Positions 52,791 to 64,000 of a stretch of DNA of 64,000 nt are shown in pieces. Source of the DNA: Octopus vulgaris (taxonomy: Eukaryota); the NCBI GenBank assembly GCA_951406725.2, contig OX597821.1, positions 34,410,001-34,474,000 on the forward strand. Reading direction: 5' to 3'. The notes beneath the pieces were generated by a model. That model worked only from the letters and a program-made list of their open reading frames with translations, did no database searches and was not told the origin of the DNA. The position numbers and the translations under genes are program-made. The number at the start of each line of letters is the position of its first letter. The first letter of the stretch is position 1.

Positions 52791-54364
52791 ATGATAATGT
52801 GTAAATGGTTACAATTTAAGCTTATTTGTGGGCACAACACAAGGTGGAAAAATGTTGCTGTGTTTGCTTCCCAACCACATGGTTCTGGGTTCAGTCCCAC
52901 CATGTGATACCTTTGGCAAGCATCTTCTACAATAGCCCAGGGCCAGCCAAAGACTTGTGACTAAATTTAGTAGGTGGAAACTGAAAGAAGCCCATTGTGT
53001 GTGTGTATATATATATATACATATACATACACATACATACACACACACACAGCTATGTGCGTGCACGTGTTAATGCCTCTTTGTCTTGACATCACATGAT
53101 AGTTGTAAACGAGTCTCACAGTTACGCAGGTGATGTCTTTTGTTTTCAATCTTCAGGTGAAAACATTGTGTCTAATCATAGGGAAATATTATCTCACCTG
53201 TAAACAGGTACAGATTGGTGACACGAAGAGCAACCAAATGGATGTAGAGAAAATCTACTTCAACAAATTCCGTCTGCTCCATATGAGCATGGAAAAGCAG
53301 GTGTAAAAATGATGATGAATCATTATTCAAATAATTCATGCCTGTCAAACAATGTAACCAAAGCAACCTGCTGTTGTCATGACTTTCATTGAATTTAGCA
53401 CATGTAAACAATCAACTGGACCAGTAACTGTTGTTTACCAACACCCCACCCCCCGTATCATACAGATTACCTTGTTTTGTTTGATAGCCTCTTAATCCCC
53501 ATCTCATCGGAGGGGTTGTCTCGTTGTTGTCAACATGGTTCTTCCAGCTTTCAAATTTCACTCACGAGGTATAGACTAATGATAGAAGGGCCCTTGTTCA
53601 AGATAGTGTGTAGCAGAATTGAACTTGGAACCATATGGTTGTGGAGCAAACTACTTAAACCAAATTGCCAAGTCTATACGCATTGTTTTTAATTTAATTT
53701 TGTTTCATTTCTTATTACCTGACTTTAATAATGACAATTTAAAAACTGGTCTAAATAGAGATTATGAATAATTGATGAAGTAAAATATCTTTAGGATAAA
53801 TTTATCATCTTAATCATACTTGTTGTTGTTCATGCTGTTGTTGTTGCTGCTGCTGTTGCAGTTGTTGTTGTTAAGGCAAGCAAGCTGGCAGAATCACTAG
53901 AACACAAAACAGAATGTTTAGCTCAAATTCCATCAAGTTTGATTTTACCTTTCATATTTTTGGTGTTAATAAAGTATCAGGTGAACACCGGGGTTGATGC
54001 CATCAACTAACTCCCTTCTTCTAAAACTGATGGTCTTGTACAAAAGCTTGAAGCTGTTTTTATTATTAAGTAGCAGTCGAACACTGGGGGTGGGGCAGGG
54101 GTTTGATGTAATCAACTTTCCCCCTCCTCCAAAATTTCAGGTCTTCTACCTATTGCAGAAAGAATTATTATTATTTGGCGGAGTTGTTAGCATGCTGGAC
54201 AAAACGCTTGGTAGTGTAATTCTTCCCAGGTTTGACTTTGCCTTTCATCTTTTCAGGGTTGATAAATTAAGTACCAGTTTCGCACTGGGGTCAATGTAAT
54301 CAACTCATTTCCTCCTCCAAAATTGTTGCCCATGTGGCAAAATTTGAAACCATTATTATTATCA

Positions 54365-54428
<64 letters not shown>

Positions 54429-54957
54429 CATTGAGTGAGAGAGCAGTGCATGCCGTCAAAGTGGCACTGGGGTAAAATATATGAAGCCCAGCATACCCAT
54501 CATGACTACCCGTCTGATAAGGGTACACTAGGCACATGCATCACGACCATATGTACGTAACATGGTGATCTCATATCAAGATAAACAGCATATGACCTTG
54601 CAGGTGGAGCCCAGTTAGAATGTTCTTCTGTTCGAGTAACCCATCCCGCTCAAAAGGTCCCTGAATAAGGGTTGTTTAAGGATGTTGAATGAAACACTCA
54701 TGTTTCCATGGGTGAATTATTCAAACCCCAAAGAATCCCTCTCAACACATGGCTATGATGCTCCCCAACTACATCTGCTCATGATCAGAGATGCACATAT
54801 CATCAGCCACTAAGGGACATGCTCAAGTGGTTAAGGTCAAACATCTGACAAGGAAATCTGTGGTATTGAGCAGAATATTTGCTGTAGCCCATCTTTTATA
54901 CCAAGACAAGACAATGTACATGATAACACTTTCAATCAGTTAAGATCAGAAGCCATG
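54429..54957. mobile_element. About 530-bp non-coding insert within (ATT)n; possibly an R4/Dong-type 3' UTR
   Basis: Complex sequence with (ATT)n tracts on both sides, adjacent to an R4/Dong-like remnant; single copy in this window. Confidence 0.45.
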
Positions 54958-55014
54958 ATAATTATTATTATTATTATTATTATTATTTTTAGTTTATTTT
55001 ATTTTTTATTTTTA

Positions 55015-55045
<31 letters not shown>

Positions 55046-55057
55046 GTTATTATTATT

Positions 55058-55618
55058 TTGTTTTTTCCTTCTTTCTTCAAATTTTCTTCCGTTTCTCGCC
55101 GAGTGTTTTCCCTACACCTAGGGCAGAGAAGGGCATTGTATGCATTCCCAGATTACATGCGCAAATTCACAGATAAAATATGTATTTAAAAATTAATAAA
55201 TAAATAAATTCATGGATGGATGTTATTTTCACAACAATAGTGCTCTTCTCAGTACATGAGCCGTTCCAGTTAATATGATTTTTTGCACTTCCTGTAGGGA
55301 TGGTAAGCCTGGAATCATTTTCAAATAGGTTTCAGTACCTTTTTTTATCATTCCTAGAGATCCTACAATCACTGGTACAGTAGTCGTCTTGAGATGCCAC
55401 ATTTTTTCAATTTCCATTAGCAGGTCTTTATATTTACTAATCTTGTCAAATTCTTTCGCCGCTATATTGTGATCACAGGGAATACTCATGTCAATTAATA
55501 AACACATCCTTTTTGTTTGATCTTTTATAATGATATCCGGTTTATTGGCTTTTATATTCCTGTCGGTCTGCACGGGGAAGTCTCATAGAATTGACACATT
55601 TTCTCCTTCAGTCACAGA
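55058..55618 (-). pseudogene. 5'-truncated R4/Dong-like non-LTR retrotransposon (REL endonuclease C-terminus and 3' UTR)
   Basis: ORF 55229-55573 QTDRNIKANKPDIII...IDMSIP.D.N...E.DKISKYKDL...VPVIVGSLG (PD..D..K REL motif); 3' end abuts (TAA)n. Confidence 0.85.
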
Positions 55619-55881
55619 AGTCTCCTAAATTGACACCCTCAAATTTGATATGATCTTCAAGATGAGTTAGCAATGGTCACTGGAGTATTATCCCTGCATA
55701 ATCTATTAAAAGCAGGGATGTTTCAAGTCATGTGATTATAGTCATCAGATTTCCAGCAACTGACATTACTTATTTCACTTTCTTTTTTTATGTATATTTG
55801 TGTGTGTGTGTGTGTGGACACGTGGTGTGTGGGAATGTATATATGTATGCGTATATGTGAATCTATCTATATACATACATA

Positions 55882-56290
55882 GGCGCAGGAGTGGCTGTGT
55901 GGTAAGTAGCTAGCTTACCAACCACATGACTCTGGGCTCAGTCCCACTGCATGGCACCTTGGGCAAGTGTCTTCTACTATAGCCTCGGGCCGACCAAAGC
56001 CTTGTGAGTGGATTTGGGAGACGGAAACTGAAAGAAGCCCGTCGTATGTATATATATATATATATGCGTGTGTGTGTTTGTGTGTCTGTGTTTGTCCCCT
56101 AGCATTGCTTGGCAACCGATGCTGGTGTGTTTATGTCCCCGTTACCTAGCGGTTCGGCAAAAGAGACCGATAGAATAAGTACTGGGCTTACAAAAGAATA
56201 AGTCCCGGGGTTGAGTTGCTCGATTAAAAGGCGGTGCTCCAGCATGGCTGCAGTCAAATGACTGAAACAAGTAAAAGAGAGAGTAAAGAG
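55882..56290 (+). mobile_element. SINE family A, full length
   Basis: Head GGCGCAGGAGTGGCTGTGTGG; flanking repeat TATATACATACA. Confidence 0.93.
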
Positions 56291-56834
56291 TATATATACA
56301 TACACACAGAGACATACACACATATCATTTCATCCTCATCATTTAACTTCTGTTTTCCATGCTGAAATTGGTTGGATATGTGTGTGTGTTTGTATGTATA
56401 GATAGATAGATACACATGCACATTACGCTTGTGTGTATGTTTGTATGTATGTATGTATGTATATATATCTATGTGTGTGTGTATATTTTATTTTTCTTGG
56501 TTCAATCATTTGACTGCAGTGACGCTGGAGTACCACAGGACTTGTTTTCTTAAAGCTAGTACTTATTCTATTGCTAAGTTATGGGAACATAAACACACCC
56601 ACACCGGTTGTCAAGCGGTGATGCAGGGACAAGCACAGATACAAAGACACACACACAGATGTATATATATTTTCATCATCATTTAACATCTGCTTTCCAT
56701 GTTGGCGTGGGTTGAATGGTTTGACTGAGACTGATGAGCTGGGAGGTTTCACCACACTCCAATCTGATTTGGCAAGGTTTCTACAGCTAGATACCCCTCC
56801 TAACACCAACCACTCCAAGAGTTTAGTGAGAGTG

Positions 56835-57429
56835 TACTGAGAGTGATAAGAATCAACATCATGATATTTGGAGTGATCACTAGTGAAGCCTCCATTTCTC
56901 TTCCCACATGGCCTCAGACTCAACATGGAAGCCTACATCAAGTATCTGGAGGAGGTAGTGCTGCCTTGGGTCAAGAGGGTGGCTGCTGCAAGGCCCTATG
57001 TCTGGCAACAGGACTTTGCACCATGCCACACAAGCAGGAGAACCCAGTTATGGCAATTTCCGCGACCACATCACCCTTAACATCTGGCCACCTAACTACC
57101 CAGATTGCAACCCCCTTGATTATTATGTGTGGGGTGCAGTTGAGCAAAAGACCAACAAAACTCCTTCTAACACCAAAGATGAACTGAAGGCAAGGATTAT
57201 TGCAGTATTCATCAATTTAAACAGGGAGACTGTCCAGAAGAGTTGCAGGAGATTCCGAAGTTGTCCGGAGATAGTGGCTGAAGCCAATGGCTATTTTATT
57301 AAATAGATTTACTCTTTAGTATTTCAAGATATTTTTACGGAATTTTGGGAAATATATCTGTTAAAATGAGTTGGCAGTGTTATTTTCATTTTTGCATAAT
57401 TTAGATGACAGTTTATTCACTACACCCTG
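56835..57429 (+). pseudogene. Tc1/mariner superfamily (maT/DD37D-like) transposase 3' remnant with TIR
   Basis: YVWQQDFAPCH and WPPNYPDCNPLDYYVWG motifs, frameshifted; terminus CACCCTG. Confidence 0.85.
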
Positions 57430-58138
57430 TGTATATATGTATATATACAACGAGCTTCTCTCAGTTTCTATCTACCAAATCCACTCACAGGGCTTTGTTC
57501 ATTCTGAGGTTATAATAGAGGACACTTGCCTGAGGTACCATGTAGTGGGACTGAACTTGAAACAATGTGGTTTGGAAGCAAGCTTCTTAACACACAGCCA
57601 TACCTGCAGCTATATATACAGACGTGTATATATGTTTATATTTGTTTACATTTGTTTACATATGGATGTGTATGTGTATGTGCGTGTGTGTGTGTGTGTG
57701 TGTAAATCATATTCATATGTAATCATGTATTTGTATATGTATTCGCATTTGGCAGCTGTGTGGCATTTGAAAGTACGTAATTGTACAAATGTCTCCCAGA
57801 AGGATTTTAAAATATGACCAAATTTCCCCTGAGACTTTTTAAAAGTTATCTTGATGTACTGCTCCATAACCAACAAAACCAGCCATCTGCCAAGTGCTAC
57901 AACCTAAACAGGGCAATCGCTTCCGCATTTGTCCACCACATACACTATAAACTCAAACAGAATCATTGGGAATACAATAAACACAGAGCATTCAGTTCTG
58001 AGGGCACTGCTCCAGAATGGCATCAACCATGCTGGCTCAGACTATTTTAAGAAAAAAAAGCAAGAACAAACAGGAAAGAGTGTGTTTGCATGCATGTGTG
58101 TGTGTGTGTGTATTATGCATATATATGTGTGTGTATGT

Positions 58139-58171
<33 letters not shown>

Positions 58172-59207
58172 GTAAAATGATATGTGACAATTATTCAATA
58201 TAGTTACCTAGAAATTATGTTAAAAACTGCCGTTCAAACTGAAAAGATCCCTGAGTTATTGCAGGTCCTCACCATCCAGTCACCCCCTTGGTTTCCACTA
58301 TATATTCTAGTGGTCAGTGATAAATTCCATTATATTCAGTTAGAAAGTACAAGCTAAAAAAATAAAAAAGTATCAGTAAATAATGTTTTCCTCAGTTTTT
58401 GTCTTTAAGACTAATATCTAATGTGAACTACATTTCTCAAGAATGTCACCGATAACTACAGACTTGTGTTTTGTTTACTGTCAAATGTCTATTAACACAT
58501 CAATCACTGCTGTTATCTACACTACTGTCACAACTGCTAGCTATTTATGAGTCATTGCTATTTCTGTAGAGAGGTTCATCTCCACTGCCATCCATTTCTT
58601 TATTGATTCCATATTTTTTATTTTTAAATGCTTTAGCTATCATTTCTCCTCTCATATTAACTCATGCTGTTTTCACCCATTGACATACCTGTGTAATATT
58701 AGAAGGTCGCTTAGAAGTCACCCTGTTACTAAATTCTCTGCAGTCATTCGCTTGTTCCACTCATCTCCCATAAAGCACTTGAATGGCTTGTTGACTGAAA
58801 CATCCAGTCATAACCCTTGGAAATTACTGTCATGAGTCCTAAGACGGACTCATAGGGCTAGCTGAGATCATAATATTTTCCCCCACTGAACAGGATGCCA
58901 GTCCTCCGCAGGTGTACTCATTTATAGGTGAGTGAACTGGAGTGATGTGAAATGGCGTGTTTTACTCAAGAACACAACACACTGCCCGGTCTAGGGATTG
59001 AAAACATGATCTTGCGATTGTGAGTGCAACAGCCTAACTGCTAGGTCATGTGTCTTCACCGGGTTGTATCTGTGATGTCAAATTGTAAGGGATAACTGTT
59101 TGCTAGTTTTCATTTGCCTTTTACCTTTTACTTGCTTCAGTCACTGTAAGCATAAACACCAACACCAGTTGTCCAACAGTAGTAGAAGACAAACAAAAAT
59201 ATGCACG

Positions 59208-59240
<33 letters not shown>

Positions 59241-59694
59241 GTATATAAAGATATATGTATACATACACATAATCACAGACAGACATATATGATGGGTTTC
59301 TTTGAGTTTCCGTCTACCAAATCCTCTCACCAGGCTTTGACCAGCCAGAGGCCATAATAGTAAAAGACACTTGCCCAAGGTGTCACAACAGTAGAACTCT
59401 ACTAGGAACAGTGTGGTTGGGAAGCAAGCCTCTTACCACACAGGCATGTCTACGTCTATATATTTGCTTAGATTCTTTTTATATTTCTTTTTGCTTCTGT
59501 TTAAAGGGACATGAAATAAAGAATTCCTCCCTTATGCTAGTTTCTTCAGCAGATCACCTGGTTGTCGTGGCTTTAGTTTCTCCAACCAATTTCTCACCAG
59601 CTCTTGCCATTTACTCCTTACGTTTAATATGAGCAAGAATATTGGTTGGAATAAGTTCCTTGGGCATTGTCTTTCTTTTGTACCTGAGTAAAGA

Positions 59695-60110
59695 GACAGG
59701 CATGGCTGCATGGTTAAGATGTTTGCTTCCTGACCATGTGCTTTTGGGTTCACTCTCACTACTTGGTACCTTGGGCGAGTGTCTTCTACTATAGCCCTGG
59801 GTCGACCAAAGCCTTGTCAGTGGATTTGGTTGGCAGCAACAGAAAGAAGCCCATCATACCCCCCCCCATGTACAGACACAGATATATATGTATTTATATG
59901 TATGTATTTGCATTGTGTTTGCCCCCACCTACTGCTTCACAACTAGTGTTGGTTTATTTACATCCCTGTAACTTAGCTATTCAGCAAAAAAGGCCGATAG
60001 AGTAAGTACCATGCTCAAAAAATAAGTACTGGGGTCAATTTGTTCAACTAAACCCTTCAAGATGTGAACCCAAAATGGCTGCAGTCCAATGATTGAAACA
60101 AGTAAAAGAT
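59695..60110 (+). mobile_element. SINE family A, diverged; inverted partner at about 59120-59450
   Basis: Similarity to the A consensus seen in this window. Confidence 0.8.
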
Positions 60111-60858
60111 CAAACCCTCTACTTCATTGATTACATATCTATGATTTTTGTCTTCCAGTTGCGAGAATTTTGCTTTAACATATCAGAGCCAATGTTTTTC
60201 CATTCTTGATTTCTTTAACACATCCTGATTTTTCTCCATTTGCAAATTTCTATTCATTCATTTATTTATTCATTTAGTTATTTTGGTCGGTGATGGTCCA
60301 TACCGACTCTCAGCTGCCTGGTTGCCATGTCATTTAGGTTCTTCAGCATCTTGTAACTAATTGTGTACGTCTGTCTTCTCTGCTTAGTTACCATTGTCAT
60401 AGTGTCATAGAGAGTTATTGGCAGATGAATAACTAGCTAAACTGACTGCCAACAGATGGTGTCTACTTCAGCATTTCTCCGCTTGTCTACAAATGGCATA
60501 TGAGATGTCTTCATTGTCGATTCACTGATTCACTGTAACTCAAACAAAACATATGGTATTCTGTTACTAGTATTGGCAAACTATTGCTAACCTTCTACTT
60601 GCCCTCAGTTCATCACAAAGCTAATATGGTAACCATTGTATTGGGATATATGTTTATTACATGTGTATTGTAACTGTAGGCATCTATTTATGAGAAAGTG
60701 GTTTTAGTGAAGACTGGACTTAGCTATCAAATACCTTGCTACAGCCTGACCTTTTAGTAATATGCAGTTGGGTGGATTTGTGGGGTCTCTATTTTAACTG
60801 AAATTTCACACACACACGTGTATATATGCATGTACATAATTATGCACATATATATACA

Positions 60859-60894
<36 letters not shown>

Positions 60895-61120
60895 CAACAA
60901 CAATTGAGGAACGGCTACAATAGGCCGTTCAACCCACTAGAAATAGCAGCCAGGGCTCCAACCGCAAATAGTGGTAATTCCGAAATCAAAGGAAAAATTT
61001 AAAAATTAAAGGAAAAATTAAAGGAAAAATTTCGGAATTACTACTATTTGCGGTTGGAGCCCTGGCTGCTATTTCTAGTGGGTCGAATGGCCTATTGTAG
61101 CCATTCCTCAATTGTTGTTG
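60895..61120. repeat. Inverted repeat, 92-bp arms, 42-bp A-rich spacer, next to (TA)n
   Basis: Arms 60895-60986 and 61029-61120; four mismatches, all transitions. Confidence 0.93.
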
Positions 61121-61217
61121 AATGTATTCATAATCTCTGACTATTTCCTCTTTCTCACTAGACCGCTGGTGGCAAAATAATTTCTATTGAATTTTTTGCT
61201 ACCCTAAATTGATTAAA

Positions 61218-61271
<54 letters not shown>

Positions 61272-61437
61272 TAAATATATTTATTAATTAATGATTTTTT
61301 GGCCAATTTTGAAATTAAATCGGGAGTTTATATTTACTGCTGAGTAAACTGCGCGAATGTGGCGGATTTTGAAAATTTATAGCATATAGACTCGAGGCAT
61401 GCTCATTATCACCTCGTGAATATATGGTAGTCCTTGG

Positions 61438-61538
61438 CTTTTCTGCTGATGAGTGCAACGCCTGTGATAAATAAATTTAATTTAATTAATTTAATTTATT
61501 TACAAAAGATTGCCGAAACTATGCATAGTCCAGAAAGG
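61438..61538 (+). ncRNA. Type I hammerhead ribozyme with long AT-rich stem II
   Basis: cttttctg-CTGATGA-gtgcaa...ttgcc-GAAA-ctatgcatag-TC-cagaaagg; palindromic stem III ACTATGCATAGT; GUC cleavage after C61530. Lies in a TA-bounded element at about 61270-61665. Confidence 0.82.
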
Positions 61539-61676
61539 AAAGGGTAAACGTTTTTATTTCTCTTTCCATTTCAGAATTACAACTATTAGTGGTTTGGAGT
61601 TTAGCTGCTCTTTCTAGTGAGTCGGATGTTCTATTATAGCCATCCCTTATATGTTTGAATATAATATATATATAGT

Positions 61677-61813
61677 TAGAAAACAGAGAGATCCAATGGA
61701 TACAAATTAATTTATTAATTAATCAACATATTAACCAACAATTGTTTCTTGTTGGTTAATATGTTGATTAATTAGTAAATTAGTTTGTATCCATTAGATC
61801 TCTTTGTTTTCTA
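61677..61813. repeat. Hairpin, 65-bp arms, 7-nt loop
   Basis: Arms 61677-61741 and 61749-61813; four mismatches. Confidence 0.93.
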
Positions 61814-61959
61814 TCACAATAAAAATGTCTGATAGCTTATGATATTCTATATAATATATTCATCGAAGGATTTTCTCTTCGTAATTTAATATATTAAACC
61901 AGTGTATCTTGTATTAACATCCCTATAAGAGGTTTGAATATCCTCATTGCGCGCACACA

Positions 61960-61990
<31 letters not shown>

Positions 61991-62161
61991 GCTTATATAT
62001 AAATATATTTCTATGTACCATACATATACACTCATATACAGAGATATTCATTTGCACATGTGTGTAGGAATATGAAAGTGTACCTGTGTGTATGGGTATT
62101 AAAGGTTATATGACCTCTAGGATTCAGTTGTTCAAATGCCTGTTTCTGCAGCAGATAGCAT

Positions 62162-62194
<33 letters not shown>

Positions 62195-62532
62195 CGCATG
62201 GACACATGCACTCATATCTCATCAGTTGGAATGCTGTTATCTCGGCTGCTAAACATTTGTCTTCTCTTCGTTTCAGATATTTTGGGCTGGAATTCTTTCT
62301 TTATCTTTATGATTTCACTAGAACCAATGAAGGAGCCTCTATGTGGTTGCTTGACCTGCTAGAAAATAACTGCAAAGTGTCCTTCAAATCTCAAACTACT
62401 GTTTTCAAATGCAAGAGAAGACACATAATACGTAGTCCAAGATACCTGTATGAAAGCTGGAATGGTAATAGCTAGATTGTCTTTGATTGTAGAACTGATT
62501 GATTATGGTTTACTTGAGGGCTAAACAACAAT

Positions 62533-62846
62533 GATCACCGTGATCACCGTGACCGACCAGGCCATCAGATGTTGCTACACATCGCTGGTCACAATGCGCT
62601 TTGCATTGTTTTAGCCTTCAAATGACACCACCCTGCTGGCTAAGCAAACAGGCCAACAGAAGAAAGAGTGAGAGAAAGTTATGGCGAAAGAGTACAGTAG
62701 GGATCGCCACCACCCCCTGCCGGAGCCGTGTAGAGCTTTAGGTGTTTTTGCTCAATAAACACTCACAACGCCCAGTCTGGGAATCGAAACCACGACCCTA
62801 CGACCGTGACGCTGCTGCCCTAACCACTGGGCCATTGCGCCTCCAC
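62533..62846 (-). mobile_element. SINE family B, tail type 2
   Basis: TSD AAACAACAAT; matches 22527-22837. Confidence 0.92.
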
Positions 62847-63396
62847 AAACAACAATAATTATAGCATGTAAATATTGTGTTGAAAAAATCTTTCTTGATA
62901 GAATAAGTGGGATGCTCCCCACAGAACTCTGTTTCATATAAAAATTATTTCCCATTCTCTGAAAAGTTTATAAATTCTTGTGGCATCAACAATATAAGTT
63001 CTTGCTAGTAAGAGTAGTTTCGAAAAATGGATGGAGAAATTTAGAAGTACTAAATACTAATTTACTTTACCAGTCTCATCATTAGTGATGAGTATGATGG
63101 CAGAATCTGTAGAGCACCAAACAAACTGCTTTGTGCTATTTAGTTATGCTTGTTCACATACACAGGGTTCAATCCCCCATTATTCTCGTGAGAATTTAAT
63201 TGGTAAAATAGTGGCATAAAAAAGTTGGATTGGTCTGGCCAAATTGTCTGTCCAGATGATGCTGATGATGAAGACCAAAGAGCGTATCAAGCTTGACTTC
63301 CTTCAATTTATATCACTGAAAATTCAAGAGAAAGGCATGAATGTCTAATCTTATACTTGCTTCATTGCAAGAGTTCTCAAAGTTCATGATAGTATA

Positions 63397-63607
63397 TATT
63401 TCTTTCCTACCCACAAGGGGCTAAACATAGAGGGGATAAACAAGGACAGACAAACGGATTAAGCCGATTACATCGACCCCAGTGTGAAACTGGTACTTTA
63501 TTTATCGACCCCGAAAGGATGAAAGGCAAGGTCGACCTCGGCGGAATTTGAACTCAGAACGTAACGGCAGACGAAATACCGCAAAGCATTTCGTCCGGCG
63601 GTGCTAA
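63397..63607 (-). mobile_element. SINE family C, 5'-truncated
   Basis: Reverse complement of 35000-35230. Confidence 0.9.
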
Positions 63608-63699
63608 TAGACAAATCATTTCTTCCAAATTAGAGCAGAATAAATAGCATAATTGATGGAGTGTTGGTGCTTTACTGAGTTCGGTTCTTGGCCGTTCTT

Positions 63700-64000
63700 T
63701 AACTTTTTTTTTTTTCATTTCCATTTTTTTCTCTTATTGAACTTTCATCTTTTTCTTCTTTCTTCCTTCTCTTTTTTTTTTCTTTCCTGTTTACCATCTC
63801 TCTTCTTTCATCGTCTCATTTTCTTTTCTCTTTTTTCTCTTTTTCTCCTTTTTATTCTATTTCCTCTATTCTCTCTCTTCACCATTCCCTCTTTCTTCCT
63901 TCCTTTTATTTCTATTTCCTTTGTTCTCTTTTTTTTTCCTCTCCTTTTCTCCTTCTCCCCACCCTTCTCTTACCCAGCTCTTATTTCCTTTCTTTTCTCT
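63700..64000. repeat. CT-rich low-complexity tract
   Basis: Direct inspection. Confidence 0.85.

Overview
AT-rich, repeat-saturated eukaryotic non-coding DNA with no intact protein-coding gene. Nearly all ORF-track entries are translations of (TA)n, (CA)n, (CAT)n, (ACC)n microsatellites or SINEs. The tRNA-derived SINEs, RTE tails and microsatellite density suggest an octopus (coleoid cephalopod) genome; this is an inference, not verified. Content: dozens of SINE copies of about 5 families with swappable head/tail modules; decayed RTE, R4/Dong-like and CR1-like LINE fragments; DNA-transposon remnants and MITEs (mariner, maT-like, pogo-like, hAT, Merlin-like, piggyBac-like, a Helitron); minisatellites; and six long fold-back palindromes. 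The most notable signal is five type I hammerhead ribozyme folds read directly from the sequence (1290-1335 -, 5734-5786 -, 6636-6673 +, 33270-33318 +, 61438-61538 +). They lie in short, mutually dissimilar, non-coding elements next to (TA)n tracts and are often associated with long inverted repeats, pointing to a diverse Penelope-like/retrozyme-like ribozyme retroelement population. Two weak candidate exons of a minus-strand host gene are also noted. Coordinates were read by eye and may be off by a few bases.
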